The translations under genes and the position numbers were made by a program. The notes under the pieces are model-generated. The model ran no database searches, was not told where the DNA came from, and worked only from the letters and a program-made list of their open reading frames with translations. A stretch of DNA of 64,000 nt from Bacteroidales bacterium UBA5219 (GTDB lineage Bacteria > Bacteroidota > Bacteroidia > Bacteroidales > ML635J-15), in contig DHVB01000077.1 in the NCBI GenBank assembly GCA_002412425.1, forward strand, positions 22,948 to 86,947, read 5' to 3'. Below are positions 59,880 to 64,000 of the stretch, piece after piece (positions within the stretch are counted from its first letter, which is position 1; every line of letters begins with the position of its first letter).

Positions 59880-59905
59880 AAAAAAAGGAGGAATTACCCT
59901 CCTTT
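59880..59905 (-). terminator. Intrinsic terminator
   Basis: AAAGGAGG-AATTAC-CCTCCTTT with an A tract on the plus strand (T tract on the minus strand). Confidence 0.75.
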
Positions 59906-59937
59906 AAAATTTCGCGTTCTATTAAACTCAATGTTAA

Positions 59938-60621
59938 TCACTTAATTGGCAAAAAATAAGTTAAACCATAAGTCAAATAATTAATTCTATGATTATTTGA
60001 CAATGTTGTAAATTGTCTCTCAACATACTGATATTGCGCTTGCTTAGAAAGTTCATAAGTGTATTCTACTTTAAACTGAAAAGCACCCACATTCTCAAAG
60101 GCAAGTTCCCAACCAACACCGCAATTTACAAATGCAGAAGGTTTATCAGGTTTTAAAATCTGCAATGAATAAAGTAAATCTCCATCATTATACATCCCAG
60201 AGTTTGTTTTATCATTTGAAGTTAATATATAATTTATTCCACCACCAATATTAGCAACAAAAGTTGACTCATCGCTTACGCGTTTACGATAATTTAAGTT
60301 TATCGGAACATTTAGCGAATAATGATTAAAATTTGTAATAGAGGTATAGTGTTTCGCATATTTAATATTTCTGTAAATTACATTGACATGAACAGATGGC
60401 GAAATTACTTTAAAATTTCTTTGAACACAAACACCAAGTTTTATTGGCATTTTAGTTTCTAATGAAAATGGTTGTATAGTTACCATAAAATCTTCTAAAG
60501 GTTTGTTCCAGTTAAAATCACTAACAATATTTTCTAATGAAACCCCAACTTTATAGTTTTGAGCTTTCACATGCGTAATCGTAATTATAGCAATAGTTAA
60601 TAAAAAAACAAATCTTTTCAT
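59938..60621 (-). CDS. Outer-membrane beta-barrel protein (PorT-like)
   Basis: Signal peptide, SLNVPINLNYR, alternating beta strands, C-terminal YGLTYF. Confidence 0.65.
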   Translation of the reverse strand: MKRFVFLLTIAIITITHVKAQNYKVGVSLENIVSDFNWNKPLEDFMVTIQPFSLETKMPIKLGVCVQRNFKVISPSVHVNVIYRNIKYAKHYTSITNFNHYSLNVPINLNYRKRVSDESTFVANIGGGINYILTSNDKTNSGMYNDGDLLYSLQILKPDKPSAFVNCGVGWELAFENVGAFQFKVEYTYELSKQAQYQYVERQFTTLSNNHRINYLTYGLTYFLPIK

Positions 60622-60739
60622 CTTTAATAATAAAATTTATTTCCGCCTTACTTTGTTTTCAAGAGTTTTCAGGACAATTTCTTCTCTTTTTAAAAAAAGT
60701 GTAGTATAATCCATTCGCATTTAGTGAACTATTATAGAG

Positions 60740-62251
60740 TCAACTTAAATTTGAAAAATAATTATCTAAATAATTAAGCCGTGCTGATATCCAAGTTTTG
60801 ATATAATTATATTCTGCTTCTGTATTAATATTTAATTTCCAAATTAAATTTTCTTTTTCAATAATTCCAGATTTTAATATCAAGCTCAAAGGTTTTTCAA
60901 ATTCTAGTAAAATTTCTTCTTGCGAAAAAACATTCTGACGCAAGGCAAACCATCTATTTTTTAATTTAGTTTTAAAATCATTTGGATTTAATTCAAAAAG
61001 TCTATCATACAGATAATTAGTAGTTATGAATGTTGGTTCTGTATAAGTTCCGTCCCAAAATAATCCCCAAGTTGCATCTAAATCCCAAGGAATAATCACA
61101 AATTTTCCTGTCTGAGCAGATTTTATTAAAAAAGTATTTTTACCAGCATTATCAAGAGCAAACAATAAGTTCATAAACAAGTAATAATCAATAAAATTAT
61201 CAATATCAATATAATAAGATATTGAGTCTCGAAAGTTCTCATCACTTGAATTTACAATAAAGTTACGTAAATCTTTTAATGGATTCCAATTTAGATAAAA
61301 TTTTGGGTCAGGATGTTTTTGTTCCCAGCCGTCCCAAAACTCATTTTTTGAAATATTATCATTAGCAAATTCAAATCTTGTTGCACCTTCGCTCCAATCA
61401 TAAGCCTTGTAAAGAACTTCAGAATTTGCTTTTAAATTTAAAATTTCGTTACTAAAATTTTCACCTAAGAAATATAAACCTTGATGCTCATTGTTTATAA
61501 ACAATTCAACAGGTGTAGTATTTATTGAAAAATGATTTGGAGAATTACTAATTTTTGCCCAAACGTAAAACGACACAGAATTTCTAACTCTTAAATTATC
61601 CATATAAGCAGCATCTAAAATCCATTTCCAATTTTCTCTATTCCCAACAAGGGTAGTCATTTGGTAAGACTTAATATCTTGATTAGCAAGAGTGTTGAAG
61701 CCTAAACTTTTTTTAGGATAAATTTGAGAAGTTGCACCTCTAATTTCCACACCTATATAACAAGAATAATCTGATTTAAAACTTTCGGGATATACAATTT
61801 GAAAATAAGCTGGAATTTTAGGTTCATCAAAAATTGTCAAAGTCTTTGAAAGCCTGACTATCGGCAAAGGTGTAAACCTTAATTGTATTTCAACAGAATC
61901 ATTTTTTGTAACAAAATAAAAACTATATGCTTTTTTATATTCAAAATTCTCAGAATCAGACTGCAAATACTCTGAATTTTTTAATAATTTTCCTTTATAA
62001 TACACTTTTACTAATGGACTAAAACTAAGTTTTGGATTAAAATTTTGAAGTTCTGTTTCAACTATACTATAAGTTAAAGTATTTGTTGCTTCGTCAAAAA
62101 AGCAAGGTTTTGAGTTAAAATATAAAAGCGATTCTAATTGTAAATTGTCATCTGTTTCGGGAATTAATACAATTTCTTCGCGATAACACGATGTTGTTCC
62201 AGCTAAAATCGTCAGAAAAATTGCTATTTTTATTATTTTTTTATAAAACAT
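60740..62251 (-). CDS. CotH kinase family lipoprotein
   Basis: TTSC lipobox, EIRGATSQIYPKKS, WILDA, VELFINNEHQGLY, DNAGKN, PWDLDATWG. Confidence 0.88.
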   Translation of the reverse strand: MFYKKIIKIAIFLTILAGTTSCYREEIVLIPETDDNLQLESLLYFNSKPCFFDEATNTLTYSIVETELQNFNPKLSFSPLVKVYYKGKLLKNSEYLQSDSENFEYKKAYSFYFVTKNDSVEIQLRFTPLPIVRLSKTLTIFDEPKIPAYFQIVYPESFKSDYSCYIGVEIRGATSQIYPKKSLGFNTLANQDIKSYQMTTLVGNRENWKWILDAAYMDNLRVRNSVSFYVWAKISNSPNHFSINTTPVELFINNEHQGLYFLGENFSNEILNLKANSEVLYKAYDWSEGATRFEFANDNISKNEFWDGWEQKHPDPKFYLNWNPLKDLRNFIVNSSDENFRDSISYYIDIDNFIDYYLFMNLLFALDNAGKNTFLIKSAQTGKFVIIPWDLDATWGLFWDGTYTEPTFITTNYLYDRLFELNPNDFKTKLKNRWFALRQNVFSQEEILLEFEKPLSLILKSGIIEKENLIWKLNINTEAEYNYIKTWISARLNYLDNYFSNLS

Positions 62252-62378
62252 TAAAATTATTTTTCAGTTTTAACCCTTTTAAACCATTGCAATTACGATA
62301 AAACTTTTAAAAACAAGTTTAAAATTAAGTTGAAAGTCAAAAATAAAAAAAATAATTCAATAATTAAAAATAATAGCT

Positions 62379-62407
62379 TATCTTTGCACCTCGGTTCGAG
62401 AAACCGA
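62379..62407 (+). promoter_or_regulatory. rpsP promoter box and leader hairpin
   Basis: TATCTTTG (62379-86), then TCGGTT-CGAGA-AACCGA (62391-62407). Confidence 0.55.
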
Positions 62408-62436
62408 TATTTATTAATAATTTAATTAATTATCTT

Positions 62437-63066
62437 ATGGCAGTAAAATTAAGATTGGCAAGACACGGACGCAAAAGACAACCTTATTATTACATTGTTG
62501 CAGCCGACAGCCGCGCACCACGTGATGGTAAATTTATTGAAAGAATTGGTTCTTACAGTCCTGTAAGTAACCCTGCTAAAATCGAATTAGATTTCGATAG
62601 AGCATTAACTTGGTTAATGAATGGAGCACAACCAAGCGACACAGTAAGAAGAATTTTATCTTACAAAGGAGTTCTAATGAAAAAACACTTGTTAGAAGGT
62701 GTTAAAAAAGGAGCTTTTAACGAAGAAGAAGCTGAAAAACGTTTCAAAGCTTGGTTAGCAGAAAAAGAAGCTAAAATTTCTTCTAAAGTTTCTAACTTAG
62801 AATTAGCACAACGCGAAGCTGATAAAGCAAGATTAGAAGCTGAACGTAAAGTTAAAGAACAAAAAGCTCAAGAACTTGCTAAGAAATTCGCAGCTGAAGC
62901 AGAAGCAGCTAAAGCAGCTCAAGAAGCTGAAAAAGCAGAAGAAGCAACTGAAGAAGCAAAAGCAGAAGCACCAGAAGCTAAAGCTGAAGAAAAAGTAGAA
63001 GCTAAAGTTGAAGAAAAAGCTGAAGAAGAAAAAGCTGAAGAAACAACTGAGAATACTCAGGAGTAA
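62437..63066 (+). CDS. rpsP: 30S ribosomal protein S16 with Ala/Glu/Lys-rich extension
   Basis: [35 protein letters not shown]. Confidence 0.97.
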   Translation: MAVKLRLARHGRKRQPYYYIVAADSRAPRDGKFIERIGSYSPVSNPAKIELDFDRALTWLMNGAQPSDTVRRILSYKGVLMKKHLLEGVKKGAFNEEEAEKRFKAWLAEKEAKISSKVSNLELAQREADKARLEAERKVKEQKAQELAKKFAAEAEAAKAAQEAEKAEEATEEAKAEAPEAKAEEKVEAKVEEKAEEEKAEETTENTQE

Positions 63067-63068
63067 TT

Positions 63069-63605
63069 ATGTTTTTTGGTAAGGAAGAATTAATAAAAAT
63101 TGCAGAAATCCAAAGAACACACGGAGTTGACGGCAAAGTTTTATTAAACATCAGCCAAGATTTCGATAAAAGTATTTTCACAGAAGATTTACCGGTTTTC
63201 CTGATTATTGATGGAATGCCGGTTCCTTTTTTTATAGAACACAGTAAAAGCCAAGGTAAAAATGTTGTCGTTAAATTACGGCATATAGAATCTTTAGAAA
63301 AAGCAGAAAAATTTGTCGGAACAGAAATTATGACTTTAAAATCCTTGTTTGACGATTTTGACGAAGATGAAGATAACGAGAAAGACATTGAAGGCTATAG
63401 TGTTTATGATAAAAAATTTGGATTCATCGGTCAAGTGTGCATGCTTAACAATATTCCTGGAAATCCTGTGATAGAAATAAATTTTAAAGAAAAAATTATA
63501 ATTATCCCTTACGCGGAAGATATTATTCTCGAAATTAATGACGAGAAAAAAGAAATACAAATCTCTGCACCCGAAGGACTTATTGATTTGTATTTGGAAA
63601 TGTAG
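63069..63605 (+). CDS. rimM: Ribosome maturation factor RimM
   Basis: THGVDG, PVPFFIE, IIIPY, PEGLIDLY; follows rpsP. Confidence 0.92.
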   Translation: MFFGKEELIKIAEIQRTHGVDGKVLLNISQDFDKSIFTEDLPVFLIIDGMPVPFFIEHSKSQGKNVVVKLRHIESLEKAEKFVGTEIMTLKSLFDDFDEDEDNEKDIEGYSVYDKKFGFIGQVCMLNNIPGNPVIEINFKEKIIIIPYAEDIILEINDEKKEIQISAPEGLIDLYLEM

Positions 63606-63737
63606 TTTGGGTTTTGGCGGGATTTTTGCCAACTTGTTGCAAAAATCATGACAAAACCAACACAAAGGACTATTAAATTTTACAACAAATTTCAATATTT
63701 AGCTTTTTTCTCTTAACTTTGGACAAAACTTTAACGA

Positions 63738-64000
63738 ATGAAAAACAAAATATTTCTCTTAGATGCTTACGCACTGATTTTCAGGTCGTATTATGCTTTT
63801 ATAAAAAATCCACGTATTAATTCAAAAGGCTTAAACACATCTGCAATTTTTGGATTTGTGAATACTTTAGAAGAAGTTTTAAACAAAGAAAAACCAAGTC
63901 ATATCGCAGTTGTTTTCGACCCTTCTGGACCAAATTTTAGACATGAAATTTTTCCTGAATACAAAGCTAACAGAGAAGCAACACCCGAAGACATTAAACT
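63738..64000 (+). CDS. polA: DNA polymerase I, 5' part (runs off the window)
   Basis: MKNKIFLLDAYALIFRSYYAFIKNPRINSKGLNTSAIFGF...VVFD...FRHEIFPEYKANR (5'-3' exonuclease domain). TAACTTTG box at 63714-63721. Confidence 0.93.
   Translation, partial: MKNKIFLLDAYALIFRSYYAFIKNPRINSKGLNTSAIFGFVNTLEEVLNKEKPSHIAVVFDPSGPNFRHEIFPEYKANREATPEDIK

Noticed and set aside
60659-60742. Selenocysteine readthrough of the CotH TGA stop
   Set aside because: The CotH domain already ends normally (RLNYLDNYF), the extension has no redox motif, and I see no SECIS-like hairpin. The TGA stops of ung, gldG, selA and the 59938 gene also look like ordinary stops.
62750-63066. Repetitive GAAGCA/GCTGAA-rich DNA as a repeat element
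   Set aside because: It encodes the low-complexity Ala/Glu/Lys tail typical of Bacteroidota S16.
803-63695. Numerous 60-130 aa ORFs antisense to or nested in long genes
   Set aside because: They are shadows of well-supported genes and have no motifs or independent expression signals.

Overview
This is an AT-rich chromosomal window from a Bacteroidota bacterium, probably an anaerobic Bacteroidales-like organism. Supporting evidence includes TAnnTTTG -7 promoter boxes, T9SS cargo proteins, the gldFG-dnaN and nusB-yajC-coaE gene orders, and a NifJ-type PFOR. Most of it is housekeeping and metabolism: an acyl-CoA/ETF/Fe-S oxidoreductase cluster, GH92, pepC, gldFG, dnaN, uvrB, PFOR, gap, queA, ung, greA, purH, rpsP-rimM and the start of polA. 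The most notable element is an intact selA-selB pair (selenocysteine machinery, uncommon in Bacteroidota) whose SelB has a strongly divergent SECIS-binding C-terminus; it sits next to a composite palindromic/tandem repeat cluster. Other candidates are a DUF3883 nuclease paired with a very acidic small protein, an AsnB-like enzyme with an eroded glutaminase domain, an orphan beta-lysine acetyltransferase, an unannotated 42-aa lipoprotein, and possible cis-regulatory hairpins in the greA and rpsP leaders. I found no tRNA, rRNA, CRISPR array, integrase or transposase. All calls come from motif recognition by eye; no searches were run.
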